64,000 nt of DNA from Octopus bimaculoides (lineage: Eukaryota), in the NCBI RefSeq assembly GCF_001194135.2, contig NC_068995.1, positions 11,924,325 through 11,988,324 on the forward strand. The letters are read 5' to 3'. Each line of letters starts with the position of its first letter. The first letter of the stretch is position 1. The notes beneath the pieces were generated by a model, which searched no databases, was not told the DNA's origin, and saw only the letters and a program-made list of their open reading frames with translations. A program made the translations under genes and the position numbers. This document shows positions 26,137 through 39,339 of this stretch, one piece after another.

Positions 26137-27564
26137 GAATAATAATAATAATGCATATATATATATCTATACATGCACAATTGTCTCGAACGCAGACAAA
26201 TGACTGAAACAAATGAAAGATAAAATAAGAATGATATTTATCACTCACCAAATCACTTCGATTACTGTTAAAACCATGGCCAAGTACTGAATCGATTTAC
26301 CTAGCGAATCAATTGTGATAACATATTTACGTATTATTCATAAATACCTCGAAATATAATTAGTATATGAGATTAGACTTGACGTTAAAAACCCGTTACA
26401 CATTCATGTTTTCTGTTTTCTTACGCAGAGTACGTTGTATATATCTCTATACACGAGCAAAACACGTGATATTTACAGATGTCTTTTGCATGTGAGTGCC
26501 GATAGCAAAATCCCTTACCTAAGAGATGTTACTGCAAGCAATCAAGCAAGATGCATAATACTAACTGAAATACTTTTGACAGAAAATACGTAAGATGCAG
26601 AAATTCATACATCAAAATATGTCCTATTCCTTCCAAACAGGATAGTAAGAAATCACGGAGGAGCTGTGCTGTCAAATCACGAATATTTAACAGCATCGAT
26701 TACTGTAATATCACTCAAGCTGTTTGTGACACGTTCGTAGTATTCCATACATACATACATACATACATACATACATACATGCATACATACACACACATAC
26801 ACACATACATACATATATACATACATACATACATACATACATATACACATACATACATATGCACATATATACACACAGATGACATAAATGTTCGAGAAAT
26901 TCCAGCAAAATATAAGTATTAACCAATTTCATCCAGAATATCAGTGCCAGTCTCCACACCGCAATATCACAATGAATCTGAGTGTTGACCTACTTCGGGA
27001 GTACACTTTTAATTGGAACAAATGGCTTACTGTTAAGTAAGCGGAACATCGCATTTGGTCACTCCACCGTACTTTTCAGATTATAGCACTGAAGAATTAA
27101 CAATACATATGCATATGCATATGCATATGCATATGCAGCTCAGTATCACGTGAAATGCGTGTCAAGGCTCCATTACTATAAGACTTCCTAGCACTAGTTG
27201 TGAAATTTGTAAGAACTGGCTTCAAAACCATTGTATTCAAGAGAACAGTATAAAAGAGAACAAATTCGTCTCAGTAATGAAAGTAACGTGATTAAATATG
27301 TCTTAATGAAGACGTAAAGACGGTTTTCAGAAACTTATCGTCCCCAAGAGAGAGAGAAGTATTATTAGGCGAAGAAGGAAATGGTTTCAAAGTGTTTAAA
27401 TAAACAAATAAACGAAAGAGAAAGCAACTGGGTTATTATAATCTATTCTATTGACATTGAAAATGAAAATGAAAATACTGCATGGTAATTAAAACTTAAG
27501 AAGTAAGACCTATAGAAAAAAACCCCAAACATTTCTGTAGTTTTGCAAAAGATCACATGATGAA

Positions 27565-28500
27565 GTAGATGTCTTCCCGTCACAAATTAGGGCCGCTGGT
27601 TGACGGGCATGGACCACTCGTTTGTTGATCGTCACTAGTTTATTGAAATACTTAATGAACACTTCTATATTTGTTTGCAATCAATCTGGCACACATGGTT
27701 AAATATTTTAGAAATAGAATCGTACAGGGAGAACTTGCGACTAGTAATCCGTATAACGGGAAAAGAATCGGATGTAATAGCTATCATAAACAAACTACGT
27801 ATAATGGTGTTCATGTTGTTTTCAAAACAATCCCCTCAAAGATATGCGAAACAGCCCTAGTAAAAGGATTTCGGTTACTTTCGGAAATCTTTCTGCAATA
27901 TGATAAAATACCCTGAAACTTGAAAGAGGATACGTGTCCTATCTATAAGGGAGGTAGCAGAGCAGATGGAAAAACATTACAGGCCTGTATCTGTGAATTT
28001 ACAAATCAACAAAGTTATGGAATGTATCAGCAGTATGCGGTAGTGGTGATGACTGTTTCTAGAAGAAAAAAAACATCGTAGCTTACTAATTGATACCTAG
28101 CATGATTTCGGCCTAGGTTAAAGCACACTCATCCAGTTGTTGCAACAGTAAGGCAGTACACCAAAACGACTACGGAACCAACGAAAGGCTTCCGGTAAAG
28201 ATGATAACGAGGCAATATGCATCAAACTTCGTGACCTCGATACAGCTGAGAAAATATGATTGTTGACGTATGTTTTCTAAAATGACAAATGTTGAAGTTT
28301 TAACTATTCAGAGCGAGATACCACAGGGGACTACTTAGGAGGCATTATGGTTTTTTAATAGCTCCATCAGACTTCTCCAGAAGCTTCCAGCGCAGCCATC
28401 CACGAAAACGTCGACGATGATACTAGAATATAAAAAAAAACAGTTCAAATAACAGATATCAAATGATTAGAGAGAGATTTTGAAGAAATAAGAAAAAAGA
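27565..28500 (+). mobile_element. CR1-type LINE ORF2 (reverse transcriptase) relic, frameshifted
   Basis: Fragments in different frames: ICETALVKGFRLLSEIFLQYDKIP; CPIYKGGSRADGKHYRPVS (cf. PIxKGGxxxxxxNYRPISL); NKVMECI; HDFGLG/STLIQLLQ (cf. QHGFRxGRSCLTQLL); SEIPQGTTLG (cf. SGVPQGTVLG); DDDTRI (cf. YADDTK). Confidence 0.75.
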
Positions 28501-28517
28501 AGCAAAGATAAATCATT

Positions 28518-28783
28518 TATTTCTTTCTGTCACTTGATTGCAGCCATGATGGTAGACAGCCTTGAAAGGTTTTAGTCGAACAAATCGACCCCAGGATTTG
28601 TTTTAATTCAAACCTCGTACTTATTCTATTAGGCTCTTTTGCCAAACTGTTAAGTTACCGTGACATAAACACACCAGCACCGGTTACCAAGCCCTAGCGG
28701 AGGAGAAAGACAAGGACACACACACAGATACATACACACAGATATACACGCACATGCACACAAGCATACATACACACACAGAG

Positions 28784-28869
<86 letters not shown>

Positions 28870-29047
28870 ATATATACAACGAGCTTCTTTCAATTTCCGT
28901 CTGCCAAATCTACTCACAAGGCTTTGGTCGGGCCGAGTCTGTAGTTCGGTAGTAGGAGACACATGCTCAAGGTGCTACGCAGTGGAACCGGACCCGGCAC
29001 CACGTAATTGGGAAGCAAGCTTCTTAACACACAGTCACGCCTGCGCC
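28518..29047 (-). mobile_element. SINE family A, full length, inserted into the CR1 relic
   Basis: Reverse 3' body, internal (CA)n/(TA)n, then ccaaatctactcacaaggctttggtcgggccgag...gctcaaggtgctacgcagtggaaccggacc...cacacagtcacgcctgcgcc. Confidence 0.85.
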
Positions 29048-29059
29048 AAGATAAATAAA

Positions 29060-29320
29060 ATATAATAATCTAAAAAAGAAACTAATAAAACATGAAGTTC
29101 GATGCAAGAAATTTTCAAGAACCTTACAACATGCACCAAGTGAATTACAAATTAGTACACCAAGCTGGAAGAAATTTCAGTAGAGGAGTCAGAAGTAGCA
29201 TCGAATATGTTGTTGACAATGAGTAATGACTCGTTGTTTCATGAGCACATTAGGAAACTACAGGACATTCACCGGTGAGATTGCAAAATTATTCAGAATA
29301 TGAGCGCAACAGATCAAAGT
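29060..29320 (+). mobile_element. Continuation of the CR1 relic (post-RT region)
   Basis: Translates in part as LLTMSNDSLFHEHIRKLQ, resembling the CR1 motif DLGxxxSxDxSFxxHI; colinear with the relic upstream of the SINE. Confidence 0.5.
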
Positions 29321-29334
29321 TTTAGCGTTTACTT

Positions 29335-29775
29335 TCTTCTTTTTTCAGTTATTGGATGCGATCATGCTGGAGCATCACTCTGAAATATTTTACTCTAACA
29401 GATCAAACCTAGTACTTATTTGGTATTTATTCAGTCAGATTATTTTAAATTTTGCGGTAAGCGTAATTTTACCAGGAGGTAAACCAAGCAACGTCGATTG
29501 TCAACCTGGCAGAAAGACATACACATAGACTCATGTATGCACATAAACATGCTCACACAAACATAGGCGTATATGTGAGTATATGTGTTCATACGTAGGG
29601 CTTCCACACTGATTCTGTGTATCAAATTCCTTCGCAAGTTTTTGATCTGCTGGGCTTGCAGAAATAGCGCACAGGGACTGAATAGCATACATACCAAGCC
29701 GAGCACAGGGACTGAACACCCGAACCTAATTGGCTGCAAAGTGAGTACCCTAACCACATAACCACGACTTCGCGC
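29335..29775 (-). mobile_element. SINE family A, old diverged copy
   Basis: ttcagttattggatgcgatcatgctggagcatc... and head cagggactgaacacccgaacctaattggctgcaaagtgagtaccctaaccacataacc. Confidence 0.65.
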
Positions 29776-30612
29776 GTACGGCCATTGCTATTTATTGACC
29801 GAAAGACATTCTTTTCTCATTAAATGCAATATTGCTTAACTCAGTGGCCGATTCATACTGCCAACTGCACTGCAAAATTGAAGGCCTTCAAGGAATCTAC
29901 TTGAAAAAAAAAAATTTCCATGCACCAGATGAGCTCCTGGAAGAAGATGAATGCTTTCAAGTTGTATTCTTTTGAAACATTGTGGGGATCGATATGCAAT
30001 TACCAATACCTGCAAAATGGTGGAGGAACTGACAACAAACTTTGGCTCTGAAAACTCTACAAATGTTCTAACAGGCGCCATGTTATCATACAAGTATGTG
30101 CATATNNNNNNNNNNNNNNNNNNNNNNNNNNNNNNNNNNNNNNNNNNNNNNNNNNNNNNNNNNNNNNNNNNNNNNNNNNNNNNNNNNNNNNNNNNNNNNN
30201 NNNNNNNNNNNNNNNNNNNNNNNNNNNNNNNNNNNNNNNNNNNNNNNNNNNNNNNNNNNNNNNNNNNNNNNNNNNNNNNNNNNNNNNNNNNNNNNNNNNN
30301 NNNNNNNNNNNNNNNNNNNNNNNNNNNNNNNNNNNNNNNNNNNNNNNNNNNNNNNNNNNNNNNNNNNNNNNNNNNNNNNNNNNNNNNNNNNNNNNNNNNN
30401 NNNNNNNNNNNNNNNNNNNNNNNNNNNNNNNNNNNNNNNNNNNNNNNNNNNNNNNNNNNNNNNNNNNNNNNNNNNNNNNNNNNNNNNNNNNNNNNNNNNN
30501 NNNNNNNNNNNNNNNNNNNNNNNNNNNNNNNNNNNNNNNNNNNNNNNNNNNNNNNNNNNNNNNNNNNNNNNNATATATACATACATACATACGTATGTAT
30601 GTATATATGTAC

Positions 30613-30650
<38 letters not shown>

Positions 30651-32691
30651 GTATGTGTATATAAATAAATGCATATAAATATTTATATGCACACATATAT
30701 AAACATACATATTTATGCTTACATGCACACACACTCACATATATAAATACGTGCCCATACATATTTAGGTATTGAAATATGTATACATATACATATGTGT
30801 GTATATGTGTATATACACATTTATGTGCGTGTGAGAGTGAGAGATGTACACATATGGTATATGTGTACATATCATATGTTGCATTGTTTTTATACTGTAA
30901 TGGGTATGGGTAACATAGACCAAAACAATTGTAAGTTGGATACCTGTTTATTAAACCGTACCAGAGTTTACTTACCTTTCCATTATGACACAGTTTCTCC
31001 GTTGTGAAGTATTGAGCTGGTATGCGTTGGACGTTCTGTATACATGTAGACATTTTTTCTAATGTGTTACACGCAGAGAAGCCAACCAAAATGAGCAATT
31101 CATATACGACCGTAATATAAACCACCGTAATATAATGCAATAGTTTTTATTGAATGTGGCATATGAACTTTCGACTAAAAAATTAGTTCGTAGGATGAAA
31201 TGATATACCTGATTATTCTCAGGTGGAGTGAAAATTCGGAGAAGAATGAAAATTAAAATGGCAGCTTTTCTTGCAGTTTGGTGCACAACATTTTGATTAT
31301 TCACGCTGAGGAAACTGTCATAATGGGAGCATAACTAATCGATGACACTGCTTAATACACACCAATGATACGCATGCGCAAACGCGTACACTCATACACA
31401 AACCTACACGCAAACATATATGCATATATATACATACATACATGTATATATATNNNNNNNNNNNNNNNNNNNNNNNNNNNNNNNNNNNNNNNNNNNNNNN
31501 NNNNNNNNNNNNNNNNNNNNNNNNNNNNNNNNNNNNNNNNNNNNNNNNNNNNNNNNNNNNNNNNNNNNNNNNNNNNNNNNNNNNNNNNNNNNNNNNNNNN
31601 NNNNNNNNNNNNNNNNNNNNNNNNNNNNNNNNNNNNNNNNNNNNNNNNNNNNNNNNNNNNNNNNNNNNATATATATATATATATATATACATATCTGTGT
31701 GTGTGTTTGTATGTGTATATGTATACATATAAAGATTAAATACGAACGGGTCTTGTGCATATCAAAGCATCCTGGTACAGTCATTCTCTTGGGTGTATCT
31801 AATGTTATTATTTCTATATACATGTAATCGTACCATCGAGGTGCTGCTCGTGTAACAGAAGGCCTTGGATACCGTTTCACTTCTCTCTCTATTAGAGAAG
31901 CAATTTTGAATCGTACAATTTTTCCCCCCAAATGTTTCTTCTTTGTATTTTCTAAACACATAGACAGATGTAATTAGCCTATATTCACCAACTACAATGG
32001 AATGTCGGCCTGTTAACTTTAGCAACGTGATAAAAAGAGAGAGAAAGAAGGTTTTACCTAGATATCCAGATGTTTATGTTGAAAGAATGTCGGGAGTCTT
32101 GTAACAATATATAAAATGGAAAACTCACTTACTTAAATAATAACACTTCTTTCGTCGCTTTGAGGCTAAACGAATTATATTTACATCTATCTAAAACAGA
32201 ACAGACTATTGAACGATGGCTGCTCAGATCCGTCCATTGTCACTGATATGTAATTTTCTGATGAGTGAAGTTGTGGATTTCTTTAAATTTTCTTTTCTTT
32301 TCACATAAGTGGTGATACGCCACCAAACGATGTTACCGGTGTCAAAAAAATAAATAAACCGAGTTTGTTTTTAAATATATTTATTACGAAGGATTCTGTT
32401 TCTCATGTTGTCCTTCTTATTCGTTTGATATCCCATTGTGGGTGTTATTTTCACACTTCTTTGAAATCTATTCTTCGTGGTTTCGGCTGGGAATTAATAA
32501 AGTCAGTTCACTTGCAGGAGCGGAACTTCAAATATAATGGTTTTCCTGTTAACAAATTTTCAAACATATATATATAGACACAAACACACACACAGATGCA
32601 TACATACATACATGCATACATCTTACATATACAGACATACACACACACACATACATACATACATACATATACATATATATANNNNNNNNNN

Positions 32692-32726
<35 letters not shown>

Positions 32727-33088
32727 GTATGTACATATATGTATGCGGAGGCGGAGTTACTTGCGTACATCCATATACAAATATACATACATATACTATG
32801 TATGAATATATATATATATATATATATANNNNNNNNNNNNNNNNNNNNNNNNNNNNNNNNNNNNNNNNNNNNNNNNNNNNNNNNNNNNNNNNNNNNNNNN
32901 NNNNNNNNNNNNNNNNNNNNNNNNNNNNNNNNNNNNNNNNNNNNNNNNNNNNNNNNNNNNNNNNNNNNNNNNNNNNNNNNNNNNNNNNNNNNNNNNNNNN
33001 NNNNNNNNNNNNNNNNNNNNNNNNNNNNNNNNNNNNNNNNNNNNNNNNNNNNNNNNNNNNNNNNNNNNNNNNNNNNNNNNNNNNNNNN

Positions 33089-33136
<48 letters not shown>

Positions 33137-34094
33137 GCACACACACACAGACACAAATACAGATAGGGGTATACATGCATACGTACATGAATAAGTACAT
33201 ACATATATACATACATAGACGCACAAACATATAGGCACGTATAGTCCAATGAGGACCTGTGGGTATATGGATGGGTACAGCTCCACAGATGTCTGTACGC
33301 AGGCATTGCTCTTAATTTCTTGCGTAAGAAGATAAATATTTGTATCAAGTTGTTACAATACTCGGGCAGATGTAAATTGCAACTATTTGATCCTCACGAA
33401 TATACGGTCACATATACACATACTCGGGCGTATAGATATCCATGGTTTCTTAGATATGTATATATAGAGAATGGTACACAGGTGCACATACTTAAATATA
33501 AGTAGAGATTATATATTTATAACGGGGAGATAGGTGTATATAGAAAGAAAGAAGAAAGCTCTGGTAATATGGTATTGTATCAACATTACTTCCAAATACT
33601 CTCACAAATAAGACGTGTGTACACATCAAATAATATATCTTTTAATGGTGCGCAAAAACTCTATATTAAGGTAACGGAGAGCACATCTATGCATACACAC
33701 GAAAATTGCTCTTCCTCATTAACTTTAGAAATCAAATTAATTTCATCACTTTGTATAAAGACATCTCGTTGGACATTGAAGTATAATGTAAGTAACAAGA
33801 TTCCTATAAGCAGAGCATTTTGACAGTTTTAATCTTAAATTATTATGGATAAAGCCATTTTAATAGAATATGTGTCGATATGTAGTCCTATGAAAAACTA
33901 CCTTCTTCCATAAATACCCGTAACAGTAGGTCACTTGATGCCATACCTTGTATAGTAGACTAAACCATTTATAGCTGTGAGTTCTCTGGTGGCTGACCAA
34001 GTCCGTACGACTCAGGTACCACCCCCACACGCAAAGAAAGGCAACACTCCCTCAATTCTCCACATGCATACATACATATTTTACAAGCAAACAA

Positions 34095-34189
<95 letters not shown>

Positions 34190-34983
34190 NNNNNNNNNNN
34201 NNNNNNNNNNNNNNNNNNNNNNNNNNNNNNNNNNNNNNNNNNNNNNNNNNNNNNNNNNNNNNNNNNNNNNNNNNNNNNNNNNNNNNNNNNNNNNNNNNNN
34301 NNNNNNNNNNNNNNNNNNNNNNNNNNNNNNNNNNNNNNNNNNNNNNNNNNNNNNNNNNNNNNNNNNNNNNNNNNNNNNNNNNNNNNNNNNNNNNNNNNNN
34401 NNNNNNNNNNNNNNNNNNNNNNNNNNNNNNNNNNNNNNNNTATAAACTTATATACATACATTTATACACATTTTGCATTTGCAAGAATTCAAATGTTTGT
34501 TAGACACCACTCAATAGCATACTGTACTTATTTGCATTGAACTGGTTTTCACTACAATAGAATAAAATACTTCGGCCAAGGCCGCAACGGTTTGCTCGGA
34601 TCGAGATTCGAACACACATCATTACGTTCTTGAATTCAACAATCCAGATTATTCTCTTTCCCACATGTGGACATAGACATACACACAATCACAGATAGAC
34701 GTAATGGAAGGAATGATTTCCTCCGCGTGTGTATATTTTTCTTGCTTCTCCTATATCTGAGTGCAGACCACCATATGTATACATCGTATGAATATAGATG
34801 ATATATAAATAATTACAAATATACATTTAAGTCCATTGAAAGACACTCACTTCTTTTATTCGTATATATTATCAAAGTAATGATATCGTGACACGTGTAG
34901 TTAAACACAGGAAATAAAACATGCCTTGTTAGCAATTTATCAATATTATTACTACCATTGCTATTATTATTATTATTATTATG

Positions 34984-35028
<45 letters not shown>

Positions 35029-36134
35029 GCAATAATGATAATAAAAATTAAAAAAATAATAATGATAATAACAAATATTNNNNNNNNNNNNNNNNNNNNN
35101 NNNNNNNNNNNNNNNNNNNNNNNNNNNNNNNNNNNNNNNNNNNNNNNNNNNNNNNNNNNNNNNNNNNNNNNNNNNNNNNNNNNNNNNNNNNNNNNNNNNN
35201 NNNNNNNNNNNNNNNNNNNNNNNNNNNNNNNNNNNNNNNNNNNNNNNNNNNNNNNNNNNNNNNNNNNNNNNNNNNNNNNNNNNNNNNNNNNNNNNNNNNN
35301 NNNNNNNNNNNNNNNNNNNNNNNNNNNNNNNNNNNNNNNNNNNNNNNNNNNNNNNNNNNNNNNNNNNNNNNNNNNNNNNNNNNNNNNNNNNNNNNNNNNN
35401 NNNNNNNNNNNNNNNNNNNNNNNNNNNNNNNNNNNNNNNNNNNNNNNNNNNNNNNNNNNNNNNNNNNNNNNNNNNNNNNNNNNNNNNNNNNNNNNNNNNN
35501 NNNNNNNNNNNNNNNNNNNNNNNNNNNNNNNNNNNNNNNNNNNNNNNNNNNNNNNNNNNNNNNNNNNNNNNNNNNNNNNNNNNNNNNNNNNNNNNNNNNN
35601 NNNNNNNNNNNNNNNNNNNNNNNNNNNNNNNNNNNNNNNNNNNNNNNNNNNNNNNNNNNNNNNNNNNNNNNNNNNNNNNNNNNNNNNNNNNNNNNNNNNN
35701 NNNNNNNNNNNNNNNNNNNNNNNNNNNNNNNNNNNNNNNNNNNNNNNNNNNNNNNNNNNNNNNNNNNNNNNNNNNNNNNNNNNNNNNNNNNNNNNNNNNN
35801 NNNNNNNNNNNNNNNNNNNNNNNNNNNNNNNNNNNNNNNNNNNNNNNNNNNNNNNNNNNNNNNNNNNNNNNNNNNNNNNNNNNNNNNNNNNNNNNNNNNN
35901 NNNNNNNNNNNNNNNNNNNNNNNNNNNNNNNNNNNNNNNNNNNNNNNNNNNNNNNNNNNNNNNNNNNNNNNNNNNNNNNNNNNNNNNNNNNNNNNNNNNN
36001 NNNNNNNNNNNNNNNNNNNNNNNNNNNNNNNNNNNNNNNNATATATATATATATATATATACATATACAATCAATGCACACATATTTACATATATATAGA
36101 CAGACATATATGCGTTTATATATATGCATACGTA

Positions 36135-36656
36135 TACAAAATGATAGTGGCTTCTTCACCATCTCATTGGGCCAGTCATTTCTCTGCTTGATATTGGCTG
36201 GCCGAAGAAGAGCCAAGTTTGTGGAGATACCTGAGAGTTGTTCTGGGACTGACATCAACTTTTTCTGCTATGTCAGAGGCCATGCAAGTAGGATTATCCT
36301 CCATACTTCTCTTAGCAAAAGGAAGAGTCCTGTCAGAGTGCACTGGTGGACCTGAAAGACGTGGTGTAGACTCCATCCCTTCTTTGGTGAATTGCACAAT
36401 TACTTTATTAAGTGCAGAAAGCGGGATCCCAAGGTTTCCAGGGATTTTACATTGTTAAAGTCCACCTTAAGATTGACTCACAATATGGCCTTTTGAAATT
36501 TTGGCTGTTCCAAGGCTTCTTTTGTACGTGGCGTGATTAAATAGTCATATATGGAACCTGAAACATAAAGATGTCAATTAATAAAAAATATAAACCTTTT
36601 GAGGTTAAACATAAAATAATTTTGTATGGGATGTCCATTTACTCCTGTCATGTGTG
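36135..36656 (-). mobile_element. Tc1-family DNA transposon, 5' portion (TIR plus transposase DNA-binding region relic)
   Basis: On the - strand a TA precedes CACACATGACAGGAGTAAATGGACA (Tc1-type end). Frames give NLGIPLSALNKVIVQFTKEGMESTPRLSGPP..SDRTL..AKRSMEDNPTCMASDIAEKVDVSPRTTLRYLHKLG and LLRPANIKQRNDWPNEMVKKP, matching the paired HTH and AT-hook-like region upstream of the DDE domain. Confidence 0.75.
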
Positions 36657-36672
36657 TATTTATATATGTATG

Positions 36673-36724
<52 letters not shown>

Positions 36725-36725
<1 letters not shown>

Positions 36726-37539
36726 GTGGTCTGATCAACAAATGTCCGGACTGTTGTCATAGTAACGAAGCTAAAGCTCGCAGAGTAAAGTCGCCTGGTA
36801 CAGATTGACCTTTAACGCTGCTGTGCATGCGCACTAAGTTTTAACGTTCTAGCTTACTTCCGCTGTTTACAACAGTGCTTGGAAGGAAGGTGTGTTGAAC
36901 AGATAATCTGCATCAAATTTTGCCAAAAGCTTGGTGATACCTTCTCAAAGTTTTCAAAATTTTTCTTCGTTCCCGATACAAAAAATATCCTGTACAACTG
37001 AAACCCGATTGTCTTTTTTGGTCAGCTGAAAACAGTTTTAGCACAAACTTGGCAAACACGCATCCTATACGCAAATCTCCAGTAATAATAGACTGAACTG
37101 AATCGTAACCAATCTGCACCTTCTCTGAAAACTCACGGATGGTGATTCGACGATTTCCTATCACAGCAGCATACACATCGATGTTTTTCTCAGTTCTGTT
37201 AGTTGCAAGTCTCCCAGAACGCTTGTCATTACCAACATTTTTTCGGCCATCTTGGAAACGGCTGATACATTTGTACACTTGTGTCCGGCTCATAAACTCC
37301 TCTTCATACACTTTCTGTAACCATGCGTAGGCCTCTGAGCAGGTATCGCCATCACAACTTACCTTGCCACACACCTTCCTTCCAAGCTTCGCTGTAAAGA
37401 ACGGAAACGAGCTAGAACGCTAAATCTTAGTGCGCATGCACAGCAGAGATCAAGGTCAATCTCTGCCAAGCAGCTTCACTTTGCATGCTTTAGCTCCGTT
37501 ACTATGGCAACAATCCGGATACTTATTGATCATACGTCG
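36725..37539. mobile_element. Mariner-family non-autonomous element with long (~170 bp) inverted arms made of two 5' ends
   Basis: TA|cgtggtctgatcaacaaatgtccggactgttgtcatagtaacg...cgttactatggcaacaatccggatacttattgatcatacgtcg|TA. Both arms run into the transposase start region. Confidence 0.85.
36913..37374 (-). pseudogene. Truncated mariner transposase N-terminus (HTH domains, no DD34D catalytic domain)
   Basis: GDTCSEAYAWLQKVYEEEFMSRTQVYKCISRFQDGRKNVGNDKRSGRLAT...RRITIREFSEKVQIGYDSVQSIITGDL....AKFVLKLFSADQK follows the mariner pattern (RSGRP, RRITIREL, SAKFVPKLL), then frameshifts and ends in the inverted arm. Confidence 0.85.
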
Positions 37540-39339
37540 TATATATATATATATTTATGTATATGTATATGGATGTTCGTATGTGTGTACGTATGTGTGT
37601 TGTTGCTACATGGTGCATCAGGCTTACAGAGAAACTGTATAATTACGATAAAACATGATATGTAGATACTTTTTAGACGACGTTAAAAATAGCACAAGCC
37701 ATTAGTCATCGTAATAAATGATGTTCATTTGTTTACTTATAAAATAATAGTGTTCATTATAAAGACTTACATACACATTTGTTTCATCAAAATACAATAT
37801 ATTTTATGATGTATATAAACGTCAGTATTATCATTGCCTTCATATACATCAGCTGTAATCAATAATGTGCCAATAATTATGATTTTTCATAACCTCTTGC
37901 GCGTTAATCTTGCATTTTCTGACACTTAACAAAGCTGATTACTAGGAAAATTCAATAATAATTATTAGAGAGAAAGAGAGAGGAAACTGCGGCAGGAAGG
38001 CTTAGGATAACAATTCAATGGTATACACAAGTATATATAAGAATTGCATTAGCTCATGTACACAAAGAAAAGCATTCATGACTAGTAATCTTGTGTGCGT
38101 TTGAGAGTGTGTATATATATATATATATATATATNNNNNNNNNNNNNNNNNNNNNNNNNNNNNNNNNNNNNNNNNNNNNNNNNNNNNNNNNNNNNNNNNN
38201 NNNNNNNNNNNNNNNNNNNNNNNNNNNNNNNNNNNNNNNNNNNNNNNNNNNNNNNNNNNNNNNNNNNNNNNNNNNNNNNNNNNNNNNNNNNNNNNNNNNN
38301 NNNNNNNNNNNNNNNNNNNNNNNNNNNNNNNNNNNNNNNNNNNNNNNNNNNNNNNNNNNNNNNNNNNNNNNNNNNNNNNNNNNNNNNNNNNNNNNNNNNN
38401 NNNNNNNNNNNNNNNNNNNNNNNNNNNNNNNNNNNNNNNNNNNNNNNNNNNNNNNNNNNNNNNNNNNNNNNNNNNNNNNNNNNNNNNNNNNNNNNNNNNN
38501 NNNNNNNNNNNNNNNNNNNNNNNNNNNNNNNNNNNNNNNNNNNNNNNNNNNNNNNNNNNNNNNNNNNNNNNNNNNNNNNNNNNNNNNNNNNNNNNNNNNN
38601 NNNNNNNNNNNNNNNNNNNNNNNNNNNNNNNNNNNNNNNNNNNNNNNNNNNNNNNNNNNNNNNNNNNNNNNNNNNNNNNNNNNNNNNNNNNNNNNNNNNN
38701 NNNNNNNNNNNNNNNNNNNNNNNNNNNNNNNNNNNNNNNNNNNNNNNNNNNNNNNNNNNNNNNNNNNNNNNNNNNNNNNNNNNNNNNNNNNNNNNNNNNN
38801 NNNNNNNNNNNNNNNNNNNNNNNNNNNNNNNNNNNNNNNNNNNNNNNNNNNNNNNNNNNNNNNNNNNNNNNNNNNNNNNNNNNNNNNNNNNNNNNNNNNN
38901 NNNNNNNNNNNNNNNNNNNNNNNNNNNNNNNNNNNNNNNNNNNNNNNNNNNNNNNNNNNNNNNNNNNNNNNNNNNNNNNNNNNNNNNNNNNNNNNNNNNN
39001 NNNNNNNNNNNNNNNNNNNNNNNNNNNNNNNAAAAATATTAGCAATTCTAACAATAGATAGATATTTTATGTGTCAGCATACGAGCCCCAATTGCCAATA
39101 AAAATTTGAAATCTGTCACGTAAACTTTGAATAGCATTTTGACACGTCTAAAGTGTTATGAAACCTGCCTCTGCTTCGATGAATTCGTTTAATGCTTCTA
39201 CTTATTTTTTTCCATTTGTTGCATTGTCTACAATCACTGACAGTCTTTCGACCAACACTTTTCTCTCTGGTATACGGCATTCTGACTTGTACAAGATTCC
39301 TGTGAAGCAACAGAGTGAAAATATGGAAACAAAACATAA

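Noticed and set aside
29840-30100. Slightly GC-richer stretch with short open frames (LKHCGDRYAITNTCKMVEEL...)
   Set aside because: Frames are interrupted, there are no clear splice sites or recognisable family, and the listed ORF is long only because it runs through Ns.
34813-36258. Very long ORFs (300-480 aa) spanning N-gaps here and at 22898, 38002, 48345, 50527 and 57894
   Set aside because: Their length comes from Ns translated as X and from microsatellites; they are not evidence of genes.
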